DNA of 64,000 nucleotides. Origin: Obrimoposthia wandeli. Taxonomy: Eukaryota. Positions 24,918 to 33,983 of the stretch are shown in pieces. The first letter of the stretch is position 1. Every line of letters begins with the position of its first letter. A program made the translations under genes and the position numbers. The stretch covers positions 310,001 to 374,000 of the forward strand of contig CDROCS010000361.1 of the NCBI GenBank assembly GCA_977020255.1. The letters are read 5' to 3'. The notes beneath the pieces are model-generated. The model was given only the letters and a program-made list of their open reading frames with translations, was not told the DNA's origin and ran no database searches.

Positions 24918-26717
24918 TTATTCTTTTATAAATTTAAAAGTTTTTATAACTCCATTTAGATTATTAACTAAAAAATACAATCCTTTAGCATAGTTAGAAA
25001 TGTCAATATTTGTTTCATTAGCTGTTATGCTTGAAGCGTACATTTGTTTTCCTGTAATATCATAAATTTGGAATTTATCATCCGCAGAAAATGCACTTTT
25101 CTTATTAGAAAGTACAATGCTTGAAGTAGCCGGATTTGGATAAATTTCTATGGTGTTTTCAACCATTTCTTCTTTTAATAAAGATAAAGCAGTACCATAA
25201 CATTGGTTGATATAGGCTGTACTCAATTCTGTACTTACAAGTAAACTTGTACTTCCGTTTACAACAATACATCTACCATCATTGTGATTGTAGGTCATAT
25301 ATTCTGCATCATTTTCGAATGCTTTAAAAGTACATTGTTCAAAGGTTAATGGGGTGCTTACAGTTTGCGTAGAGTGTGTCCAATTAGAGAAAAGTGTTGT
25401 ACCACCTGCCCAACGATTGTAACCTGATTCTTCATTAAAACTACAAGGTTTAAAGAATAAAAGATATAAAGTACCTGTTCCTCCAGGGCCAACTCCTCCA
25501 CCAAAATTAACAGCTATAGAGCCATCTCCTCGTAAATCTCCAACAAAAGAAATAGATCTTGAAAAACGTTCTTCTTCTCCAAAAGTAAAGTCGAAACCAC
25601 CTTCTTCTTGATCAATTTTAGTATAGGTTTTAACAGTTTTATCTTCATTTAGGTATAAAATATACGCTTCGCCTTCATTTTGTTGATTTGCACCGGTAAT
25701 TAAATCAGGAATTCCATCTCCATTTAAATCTCCAGGAGCACACATTGCGTGTCCAAATTGAGCTCCAAAACTTCCATTCGGATTTTCTCCATCCGTTAAA
25801 ACATCATTAAATCCACCTTGGTTTTCAGTGATCTTTATTTTGGAAACCACGTTAAAAGTATTGGCATCTAAAGAGAGCATCCAAACAGCTCCTTTACCAC
25901 CATCAGACATAAATGCCCCAACTGCCATCTCTTGTGTACCATCATTGTCAATATCACCCAATAAAGCCACCTCTCTTCCTCCAAAATTGTCATCATCTTC
26001 TAAACCTGTGCCAAAACCTCCAGAAGTAGAATTAATAGTAACAGTACTATTTGTAATTACTTGAGATGCATCATCAAAAAATAAAATATCTATAGAACCT
26101 CTGTTTCTGCCTCCCGCATCTGAATTCGGGTTGCAAGCCACTAGATCTATTTTTCCATCATTATTTAAATCGCCAATAGCAGTTAACCCTTGTGCAATAA
26201 TATTTGTGTTTTTAACATAGCTTTTTACAGTACCATCTCTATTTAAATGAATAATATACAATGCAATATTAGTTGAGTTGGGTGCAGATACTGCAATATC
26301 AGGTATGTTATCCTCATTATAATCGCCAATACCAGCAACGCCATAACCAAAATAATTTTTTTCTAATAAGGTTTCGTTAAATCCGCCTTCTAAAGCAGAT
26401 ATTTTTTGGTTGTCTTTTACAGTGCCATCAGCATTCATAAATAAAATGTAAGCAGCACCAGCGTCTGTTGCACTATCATCGTCAGATCTTGCGCCTATTA
26501 CTAAATCAATAACGCCATCACCATCTAAATCTCCAACTTTATCGTGATCTCTACTAAATCTATCCCCAGAATCTAGATCTGCAATAAAACCACCAGAACC
26601 TTCTTCTATTTTAACAAAATCATCTGGTCCAAATTGAGTTGTTACTTGTGAATAGGTGATCTTTGAGATTGTAATTAATAAAATAAATAGAAATACTTTG
26701 GTTAGTTTTAACTGCAT
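24918..26717 (-). CDS. T9SS-secreted FG-GAP (integrin-alpha-like propeller) protein
   Basis: Signal peptide; repeats GDLDGDGVIDLVIGA, GDYNEDNIPDIAVSA, GDLNNDGKIDL, GDIDNDGTQE, GDLNGDGIPDL; type A CTD (IYPNPA...IYDITGK...KGLYF...KFIKE). Confidence 0.85.
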   Translation of the reverse strand: MQLKLTKVFLFILLITISKITYSQVTTQFGPDDFVKIEEGSGGFIADLDSGDRFSRDHDKVGDLDGDGVIDLVIGARSDDDSATDAGAAYILFMNADGTVKDNQKISALEGGFNETLLEKNYFGYGVAGIGDYNEDNIPDIAVSAPNSTNIALYIIHLNRDGTVKSYVKNTNIIAQGLTAIGDLNNDGKIDLVACNPNSDAGGRNRGSIDILFFDDASQVITNSTVTINSTSGGFGTGLEDDDNFGGREVALLGDIDNDGTQEMAVGAFMSDGGKGAVWMLSLDANTFNVVSKIKITENQGGFNDVLTDGENPNGSFGAQFGHAMCAPGDLNGDGIPDLITGANQQNEGEAYILYLNEDKTVKTYTKIDQEEGGFDFTFGEEERFSRSISFVGDLRGDGSIAVNFGGGVGPGGTGTLYLLFFKPCSFNEESGYNRWAGGTTLFSNWTHSTQTVSTPLTFEQCTFKAFENDAEYMTYNHNDGRCIVVNGSTSLLVSTELSTAYINQCYGTALSLLKEEMVENTIEIYPNPATSSIVLSNKKSAFSADDKFQIYDITGKQMYASSITANETNIDISNYAKGLYFLVNNLNGVIKTFKFIKE

Positions 26718-26772
26718 CTTTAAGGTCTTTTTGTTGTTAGTTATCTCTTAGACCCAGTTTTTAAAAAAAAGT

Positions 26773-27207
26773 TTATTTTATTTTTTCAAAAACAAAATCA
26801 ATCTTAAAATCATCCGCAGCTACAATCGCTTTTAATTGGTCGTTTTCTAAATAGTATTCTATTTTTTTAGGAAACTCATTTTTTTCATTCTCACAAACAA
26901 AAGAAGTGTCCGTTTGTTGGGTGAATTTAAATAGTGTTGGGGTTTCGTTTACACCTTCAACTTTTAAAAATAAGGTGTCTTTTATTTTAACAATACTTAG
27001 TATTTCTTTAAAAGTAGTGTCTTTTTCTTTTAGAGTATAACCCAATCCTTTAAGGCTAGAATTCCACATTTCATAAGTAACTGATCCTTCTTTATCATTT
27101 ACACGAATCCAATCTCCAATTAAAAAAGAAGGCATTTGTATTTCCTTTTTTTTATTCTGACAAGAAATCATCAATAATAAACAACAGGTATAAAGGAGTA
27201 ATTTCAT
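26773..27207 (-). CDS. Lipoprotein, DUF6265-like
   Basis: Lipobox MISC; FLIGDW..., [20 protein letters not shown]. Confidence 0.65.
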   Translation of the reverse strand: MKLLLYTCCLLLMISCQNKKKEIQMPSFLIGDWIRVNDKEGSVTYEMWNSSLKGLGYTLKEKDTTFKEILSIVKIKDTLFLKVEGVNETPTLFKFTQQTDTSFVCENEKNEFPKKIEYYLENDQLKAIVAADDFKIDFVFEKIK

Positions 27208-27276
27208 AAAAATAGTAAGCTTTCTTCAAATATACCTATAAAAATTGTAAATTCGCAATCCAAGAAAAGACAGAAG

Positions 27277-28353
27277 ATGTTAGATAAATTAAGAATTGTA
27301 AAGCAACGTTATGATGAGGTTTCTGATTTAATTATTCAGCCAGAAATCATTATGGATCAGAAGCGTTATGCGCAATTGATGAAAGAATATAAAGATTTAG
27401 GAGATGTTGTTGTAAAAGGTGATGAATATAAAACTTTAAAAAACAATATCGTTGAAGCAAAAGAAATTCTTGCTGATGGTTCTGATGCAGAGATGAACGA
27501 GATGGCAAAAATGGAAATTGATGAAGCTAATACTCGAATTCCTCAATTAGAAGATGAAATAAAAGTATTATTAATACCTAAAGATCCAGAAGATACTAAG
27601 AATGCTGTTGTAGAATTACGTGCAGGAGCAGGAGGAGATGAAGCAAGTATTTTTGCTGGAGATTTGTTTAGAATGTACACAAAGTATTGTGAAGGTAGAG
27701 GTTGGAAAGTTTCTACTGTAGATTATTCTGAAGGAACAAATGGTGGATTTAAAGAAATTCAGTTCGAAGTTACTGGGAATGATGTTTATGGAATTTTAAA
27801 GTTTGAAGCTGGTGTGCATCGTGTACAAAGAGTTCCTCAAACAGAAACTCAAGGTCGTGTGCATACATCTGCAGCAACTTGTATGGTTTTTCCAGAAGCA
27901 GAAGAGTTTGATGTAGTGATTAACCCAAAAGAAGTAAGAATCGATTTTTTCTGTTCTTCTGGTCCTGGAGGTCAATCTGTAAATACAACTTACTCAGCAG
28001 TTCGTTTAACGCACATTCCTTCTGGTTTAGTTGCACAATGTCAAGATCAAAAGTCTCAACATAAAAATAAAGAGAAAGCATTTAAAGTTTTACGTTCTCG
28101 TTTATATGATATGGAATTAGCTAAGAAGAATGCAGAAGACGCTTTAAAACGTGGTTCTATGGTTTCTTCAGGTGATAGAAGTGCTAAGATTAGAACTTAT
28201 AATTATGCACAAGGAAGAGTTACAGATCATAGAATTGGTTTATCATTATACGATCTTCCTAATATTATGAATGGTGATATTCAGAAAATCATTGATGAAT
28301 TAATGTTAGCTGAAAATACTCAAAAATTAAAAGGATTAGCAGACGGAATATAG
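27277..28353 (+). CDS. prfA: Peptide chain release factor 1
   Basis: GGQ motif ([11 protein letters not shown]), PQT anticodon-mimic, RIRTYN-like KIRTYN. Confidence 0.97.
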   Translation: MLDKLRIVKQRYDEVSDLIIQPEIIMDQKRYAQLMKEYKDLGDVVVKGDEYKTLKNNIVEAKEILADGSDAEMNEMAKMEIDEANTRIPQLEDEIKVLLIPKDPEDTKNAVVELRAGAGGDEASIFAGDLFRMYTKYCEGRGWKVSTVDYSEGTNGGFKEIQFEVTGNDVYGILKFEAGVHRVQRVPQTETQGRVHTSAATCMVFPEAEEFDVVINPKEVRIDFFCSSGPGGQSVNTTYSAVRLTHIPSGLVAQCQDQKSQHKNKEKAFKVLRSRLYDMELAKKNAEDALKRGSMVSSGDRSAKIRTYNYAQGRVTDHRIGLSLYDLPNIMNGDIQKIIDELMLAENTQKLKGLADGI

Positions 28354-28374
28354 TTTTTCTAATTTCTAAATATT

Positions 28375-28407
28375 AAAAGCCTCAAAACATTGTTTTGAGG
28401 CTTTTTT
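28375..28407 (+). terminator. prfA terminator
   Basis: aaaagcctcaaaac-att-gttttgaggctttttt. Confidence 0.8.
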
Positions 28408-28434
28408 ATGTTTGAGAATAAAATTTTAGAGAAT

Positions 28435-28538
28435 AAAAAAAGCGATTATAGTTTAGGGGGCCTATTAATCGCTTTCTATGTTAAAAGAATAAAATTTTCT
28501 TTAACATTAAATCTTAATTTTGGGGATAAGAAATAATT
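28435..28538 (-). ncRNA. Predicted sRNA, sibling 1
   Basis: TTG-N20-TATATTTG promoter (28575-28545), C-rich 5' hairpin, terminator aaagcgatta..taatcgcttttttt. Confidence 0.55.
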
Positions 28539-28681
28539 ATACTACAAATATATAGCAGTATTATAGTATTCACAATACCCATTTATGGGGTATTTTTTAC
28601 CTCACTGAAAACAGTGAGATGAATCACTGTTTTCAGTGAGAACATTTAAAAAACATATTTGATTAGCTAAGTTTAGGGCAT

Positions 28682-28786
28682 AAAAAAAAGCGATTATAGT
28701 TTAGGGGGCCTATTAATCGCTTTTTATGCTAAAAGTATGAATACCTCTTTAAAATTAAATCTTAATTTTGTGGATAAGAAATAATT
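28682..28786 (-). ncRNA. Predicted sRNA, sibling 2
   Basis: Promoter 28823-28793; same terminator; no ORF. Confidence 0.55.
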
Positions 28787-28929
28787 ATACTACAAATATA
28801 TAGCAGTATTATAATACTCACAATACCCATTTATGGGGTTTTTTTCATCTCACTGAAAACAGTGAGATGACTCACCGTTTTCAGTGAGAACTTTTGTATA
28901 GTATATTTGATTTGTTAAATTCAGGGCAT

Positions 28930-29035
28930 AAAAAAAGGCTATTAAAAAATGAGTATTTTTTAATAGCCTTTTTTGTTAAACAAATATTTAAGAAATCTTA
29001 AACAATCTATCTTTTGTTTGGGGGAAAGATAACTT
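28930..29035 (-). ncRNA. Predicted sRNA, sibling 3
   Basis: Promoter 29072-29042; atcttt-cccccaaac-aaaagat hairpin; terminator aaggctattaaaaaa..ttttttaatagccttttttt. Confidence 0.55.
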
Positions 29036-29178
29036 ATGGTACAAATATATAGTAGTATTATAATACTCGCAATACCCATTTATGGGGTTTTTTTCATCTC
29101 ACTGAAAACAGTGAGATGTTTCACCATTTTCAGTGAGAGCTTTTATAAAATATATTTGATTTGTTAAATTTAGGGCAT

Positions 29179-29285
29179 AAAAAAAGGCGATTAAAAAATG
29201 AGTATTTTTTATTCGCCTTTTGTGTTAAACAAATATTTAAGAAATCTTAAACAATCTATCTTTTGTTTGGGGGAAAGATTACTTA
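29179..29285 (-). ncRNA. Predicted sRNA, sibling 4
   Basis: Promoter 29322-29292; near-identical to sibling 3, with covarying terminator stem. Confidence 0.55.
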
Positions 29286-29395
29286 TAGTACAAATATATA
29301 TCAGTAATACTTTCCACACAATACCCATTTATGGGGTTTTTTTCCGTTCACCATTTTCAGTGAGAAAACTCACTGAAAACAGTTAGAAGAAATAT

Positions 29396-31801
29396 TTATT
29401 TACCTAATAAATGTAACTCGTTAAATTCTTTATCTATAAGTATAGACTGTGTTTTACCTTCGTTTATATTGTCTATTGATATTTCTACATTATCTATTTG
29501 AACGGAAGTAATAGAGAACGGTAAATTATGGAAGACAATATTAAACTTGCTATAATCTGCGTTAAAGTCTCCACGTTTGTGTTGTTGGATAATGATTTCC
29601 TCTTTTTTACCTGTTACTTTAAAAGTACGTAAACTAAATCTTCCTTTTTTATAATCATAACCATCATGAGCATCATCATATAGTTTTGAAGATTCTTTAC
29701 CCTCTTTATAATAAACATCTAAAGTGATATCATCAAATTTCTTTTCACCAACATATTGTTGTACAGGATATTTAGGAATAACAGCACCTTCTTTAATAAA
29801 GATTGGCATACTGTCTAATTCAGCATCTACCCACATTTCTTTTCCTCCTTCTACTAATTCATCAGTCCAGAAATTATACCATTTACCTTTAGGAACATAC
29901 ATACGTCTCCCTTTTGCATTAGGTTCTTGTATAGGACAAACTAAAATTTGCTCTCCATAAACAAACTCATCACTTCTGTAATGTGTTGCTGTATCTTCTT
30001 GATCGTATAATACTAAAGATTTTAAAATTGGTGTTCCATCATTTATATAATTCCAAAAAGCGGTATATAAATATGGTAATAATTGGTATCTAAGTTCAAC
30101 GAATTTTCTTACAATATCTGTAACTTCATCACCAAAAACCCAAGGTTCTTGATCTCCGTGATCTCCAGAAGAATGTACTCTACAAAAAGCGTGAAAAACT
30201 CCTAATTGTATCCAACGTGTAAATAATTCTCCTTGTGGTTGTTCTGCAAAACCACCAATATCAGATCCTGCAAAAGAAAAACCAGACATCGCCATTCTTT
30301 GAGCTTGGTTATTTGCAATTGCTAAATGTTCCCAAGTTGCAACGTTATCTCCCATCCAAGTAGATGTATAACGTTGTGCTCCAGAATAAGCAGATCTTGT
30401 AATTACAAAAGGTCTTTTTGGATATGCGTATTTCTTTAAACCATGATAGGTTGCACGTGCCATTTGAGTTCCATAAATATTGTGTGCTTTTCTATGAGAA
30501 CAAGGATTTCCATCATAATCATGACGAACATCGTCTGGGAAAGATTTGTTAGGAACGTCCATTACAGCTGGCTCATTCATATCATTCCACACTCCTTTTA
30601 CACCAATATCTTCAATTAATTCTTTAAATAAACCTGACCACCATTCTCTAACTTCTGGTTTTGTATAATCTGGGAAATAACATTCACCAGGCCAAACTTT
30701 ACCTTTCATATAAGGCCCATCTGCACGTTTACAGAAGTAATCTTTATCTAAACCTTCTTTAAAAACATCGTATTCTAAATCTATTTTAATTCCCGGATCT
30801 ATAATTACAACGGTTTTAAAACCATCATCTTCTAGTTCTTTTACCATTCTTTTAGGATCAGGAAAATATTCCTTATCCCAAGTAAAGCAACGGAAACCAT
30901 CCATGTAATCAATATCTAAATAAATAGCATCACAAGGAATTTTTAAATCTCTAAATGTATTTGTAACCTCTTTTACGTTAGCTTCTGGGTAATAAGACCA
31001 TTTACATTGGTGAAACCCTAAAGCCCATAATGGAGGTAAAGCATGAGGCTTACCTGTTAAATCTGTATAGTTTTTTACAACATCTTCCATTTGTGGGCCA
31101 TAAATGAAATAATAGTTCATTTCACCACCTTGCGCCCAAAAACTTGTTACATTTCTTCTTTCATGTGCAAAATCAAAAGAAGTTTTAAATGTATTGTCAA
31201 AAAATATACCGTAAGATTTTTTGTCTTGTATAGCTGTATAGAAAGGAATTGCTTTATAAATAGGATCGGTATCTTTACCAAAAGCATAAGAATCTGTTGC
31301 CCAGTTTTCAAAACGCTTTCCTTTTAAGTTTACATCTACAGGCTTATCTCCTAAACCATAAAAACTTTCTGACTTCTGGCAAGCTTTACTCATTTTTACG
31401 ATGTCTCCACCATATTCATAACTTTCTTCCCAGTGAAAACCAATTTCGTCTTGGTTTATAAGTTTTAAATCTACAGCATCAAATAAACTTACTTGTAAAC
31501 TAAGTTTTTCTACTTTACAAATTAATTTAGAAGTAGTAATAATGTAATGAGTTTCGTTTTCAGTTACATCTAAAAAGCTATAACCTCTACTTGCATGAAT
31601 GGTAACTCCGTAAGAAAAATCATTTTCAAATTTTCCTGTTGTGCTATATCTAAAACGAATAACACTGTCTCTTACAACTGTAACTTGTAATACAACATTA
31701 TTTTTAGTTGTAAAGGAAAGTGTATCTACATCCTTTTTATAATTTATAATTTCTGAAGGAAATAAATTCCCTTTTTGTTCTAACTCTGTATTAACAATCA
31801 T
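29396..31801 (-). CDS. GH31 alpha-glucosidase
   Basis: LDIDYMD, GVWNDMNEP nucleophile, TWMGDN acid/base, SDIGGF, RWIQLGVFHAFCRVHS. Confidence 0.92.
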   Translation of the reverse strand: MIVNTELEQKGNLFPSEIINYKKDVDTLSFTTKNNVVLQVTVVRDSVIRFRYSTTGKFENDFSYGVTIHASRGYSFLDVTENETHYIITTSKLICKVEKLSLQVSLFDAVDLKLINQDEIGFHWEESYEYGGDIVKMSKACQKSESFYGLGDKPVDVNLKGKRFENWATDSYAFGKDTDPIYKAIPFYTAIQDKKSYGIFFDNTFKTSFDFAHERRNVTSFWAQGGEMNYYFIYGPQMEDVVKNYTDLTGKPHALPPLWALGFHQCKWSYYPEANVKEVTNTFRDLKIPCDAIYLDIDYMDGFRCFTWDKEYFPDPKRMVKELEDDGFKTVVIIDPGIKIDLEYDVFKEGLDKDYFCKRADGPYMKGKVWPGECYFPDYTKPEVREWWSGLFKELIEDIGVKGVWNDMNEPAVMDVPNKSFPDDVRHDYDGNPCSHRKAHNIYGTQMARATYHGLKKYAYPKRPFVITRSAYSGAQRYTSTWMGDNVATWEHLAIANNQAQRMAMSGFSFAGSDIGGFAEQPQGELFTRWIQLGVFHAFCRVHSSGDHGDQEPWVFGDEVTDIVRKFVELRYQLLPYLYTAFWNYINDGTPILKSLVLYDQEDTATHYRSDEFVYGEQILVCPIQEPNAKGRRMYVPKGKWYNFWTDELVEGGKEMWVDAELDSMPIFIKEGAVIPKYPVQQYVGEKKFDDITLDVYYKEGKESSKLYDDAHDGYDYKKGRFSLRTFKVTGKKEEIIIQQHKRGDFNADYSKFNIVFHNLPFSITSVQIDNVEISIDNINEGKTQSILIDKEFNELHLLGK

Positions 31802-32071
31802 TGTTTTGGTTGTTTAATTTGACCGACAAAAATCGTAAAAGTTTATATGATAGAATAGTATATCATTCTTTTTTTACGATAACGTTTTAGTCTATTTTAA
31901 ATGCAAAAATATTTCTTATTTATTTAAAAATAAGGGTTATATAATTTCTTTTATGAATTATTAGAAGAATTTCTAAAGTCTTAAAAATGACTTCTATTTT
32001 TTGTGAAGTATAAAAAAATGAACCCTCTTTTTTATCATTCTATTATAAGAGATAAAAAAGAGGGTTAGATA

Positions 32072-33979
32072 TTATTTGTATTTATATGCAATCATACCTA
32101 ATGGAGGTAAATTCAGCTCGATAGAATTTTCTCTACCATTCCATTCTTTTAAGTTTGATGTTAATTTTTTGTTTGTAAAGTTACCTGTTCCGTTATATTT
32201 TTTAGCATCACTATTAAAAACCTCTTTTAAAGTACCCGCTTTAGGTAAACCTATTCTGTAATTTTCTCTAGGAACTGGCGTTAAATTTAAAACAATAACG
32301 ATATTATCTTTTTCATTTTCACCTTTTCTAACATAAGACATTACACAGTTTTCATGATCTCCATGATCTATCCATTCGAAACCTTCTGCCGAAAATTGTT
32401 TTTGATGTAAAGCAGGTTCTTTTTTGTATAGTTTGTTTAATTCTTTTACTAAAGTTTGTGCTCCTTTATGAACATCATAATCTAATAAATGCCAATCTAA
32501 ACTTCCATTAAAATTCCATTCGCTTGTTTGCCCAAATTCACCTCCTTGAAACAATAGTTTTGTTCCTGGATGTGTATACATCAAACTGTACATTAGTCTT
32601 AAGTTTGCGAATTTTTGCCATTCATCTCCTGGCATTTTATCTACAATTGATTTTTTACCATACACAACTTCATCATGTGAAAGAGGTAGCATAAAATTCT
32701 CTGTAAAAGCATAATTTAAACTAAATGTTAGTTCATCTTGATGATGTTTTCTGTAAACTGGTTCTTTAGCAAAATAATCTAAAGTATCATGCATCCAACC
32801 CATCATCCATTTCATTCCAAAACCTAAACCACCATCATAGATTGGTCTAGATACTTGAGGAAATGAAGTTGATTCTTCTGCAATTGTTTGTACGTCTGGA
32901 AATGCTTCGTAAACTGCAGCATTCATTTCTTTAATAAAAGCAATAGCGTCTAAATTTTCTCTTCCTCCAAATTCATTTGGCTCCCATTCTCCTTCTTCTC
33001 TAGAGTAATCTAGGAATAACATTGATGCAACAGCATCTACTCTTAATCCATCTGCATGGTATTGGTCTAACCAAAAGATAGCATTACTAATTAAAAATGC
33101 TTTTATTTCGTTTCTTCCGTAGTTAAAAATTAAACTTTTCCAATCTTGATGATATCCTTTTCTTCTATCTGGATGTTCATATAAATGAGATCCATCAAAG
33201 AAACCTAATCCATGATCATCTGATGGGAAATGTGAAGGAACCCAATCTAATAAGACTCCAATTCCTTTTTCGTGAAATTTATCAACTAAATATTTAAAAT
33301 CATCAGGAAAACCAAAACGAGAAGTTGGTGCAAAATATCCTGTTAATTGATATCCCCAACTTGGATCGTAAGGATATTCCATTATCGGCATAAATTCTAC
33401 ATGCGTAAAATTCATTTCTTCTACATAATTTACTAAATCTTCTGCTAATTCTCGATAGCTTAAAAAACGACCTTCTTCAATTTGTTTTTTCCAAGAACCT
33501 AAATGAACTTCATAAACAGAATAAGGAGCATCTAATGCATTCTTCTTCTTCCTGTTCTTCATCCATTTTTTATCATTCCAAGAATAATCATCTTCCCAAA
33601 CTTCTGAAGCCGTTTTTGGAGGGTGCTCACATCTTCTTGCAAAAGGATCTGCTTTTTCTGTAGTTACGTCGTTGTTGGCGCTTCTTATTTTATATTTATA
33701 AATAGTTCCTTTTCCAATATTAGGAATAAATCCTTCCCAGATACCACTTCCGTCCCAACGAACATTTAAGTGATGTTCTCCTTCTAACCAAAAATTAAAA
33801 TCGCCTATTACAGCAACTGATTTTGCACTTGGAGCCCAAACTGCAAAATAAGTTCCTTCTACACCATCTACTGTTATAATATGTGATCCAAATTTTTCGT
33901 AAAGACGATAATGTTTTCCAGCCTGAAAAAGGTTAATGTCAAATTCTGTAAATAGACTGTGTACTTTTGTTTGTGCCAT
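32072..33979 (-). CDS. glgB: 1,4-alpha-glucan branching enzyme
   Basis: VWAPSA, SWGYQ, DWVPSHF, DGLRVDAVASML, IAEESTS, LSHDEVV. Confidence 0.95.
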   Translation of the reverse strand: MAQTKVHSLFTEFDINLFQAGKHYRLYEKFGSHIITVDGVEGTYFAVWAPSAKSVAVIGDFNFWLEGEHHLNVRWDGSGIWEGFIPNIGKGTIYKYKIRSANNDVTTEKADPFARRCEHPPKTASEVWEDDYSWNDKKWMKNRKKKNALDAPYSVYEVHLGSWKKQIEEGRFLSYRELAEDLVNYVEEMNFTHVEFMPIMEYPYDPSWGYQLTGYFAPTSRFGFPDDFKYLVDKFHEKGIGVLLDWVPSHFPSDDHGLGFFDGSHLYEHPDRRKGYHQDWKSLIFNYGRNEIKAFLISNAIFWLDQYHADGLRVDAVASMLFLDYSREEGEWEPNEFGGRENLDAIAFIKEMNAAVYEAFPDVQTIAEESTSFPQVSRPIYDGGLGFGMKWMMGWMHDTLDYFAKEPVYRKHHQDELTFSLNYAFTENFMLPLSHDEVVYGKKSIVDKMPGDEWQKFANLRLMYSLMYTHPGTKLLFQGGEFGQTSEWNFNGSLDWHLLDYDVHKGAQTLVKELNKLYKKEPALHQKQFSAEGFEWIDHGDHENCVMSYVRKGENEKDNIVIVLNLTPVPRENYRIGLPKAGTLKEVFNSDAKKYNGTGNFTNKKLTSNLKEWNGRENSIELNLPPLGMIAYKYK

Positions 33980-33983
33980 AGTT

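Larger units (their letters stand above)
28434..29390 (-). repeat. Four tandem ~248 bp units (starts 28434, 28681, 28929, 29178)
   Basis: Shared blocks caaatata, caatacccatttatgggg, ctcactgaaaacagtgag, tagggcataaaaaaa; units 1/2 and 3/4 form two subfamilies. Confidence 0.92.

Noticed and set aside
28575-28592. sRNA-promoter palindrome CCC-N6-GGG being the same as the nitrogen motif
   Set aside because: The spacer differs by about half a helical turn from CCC-N11-GGG, so it is kept as a separate motif
28434-29390. CRISPR array or type III TA antitoxin repeats
   Set aside because: Units are ~248 bp with no short identical repeat and unique spacer pattern, there is no adjacent cas or ToxN-like gene, and each unit has its own promoter and terminator
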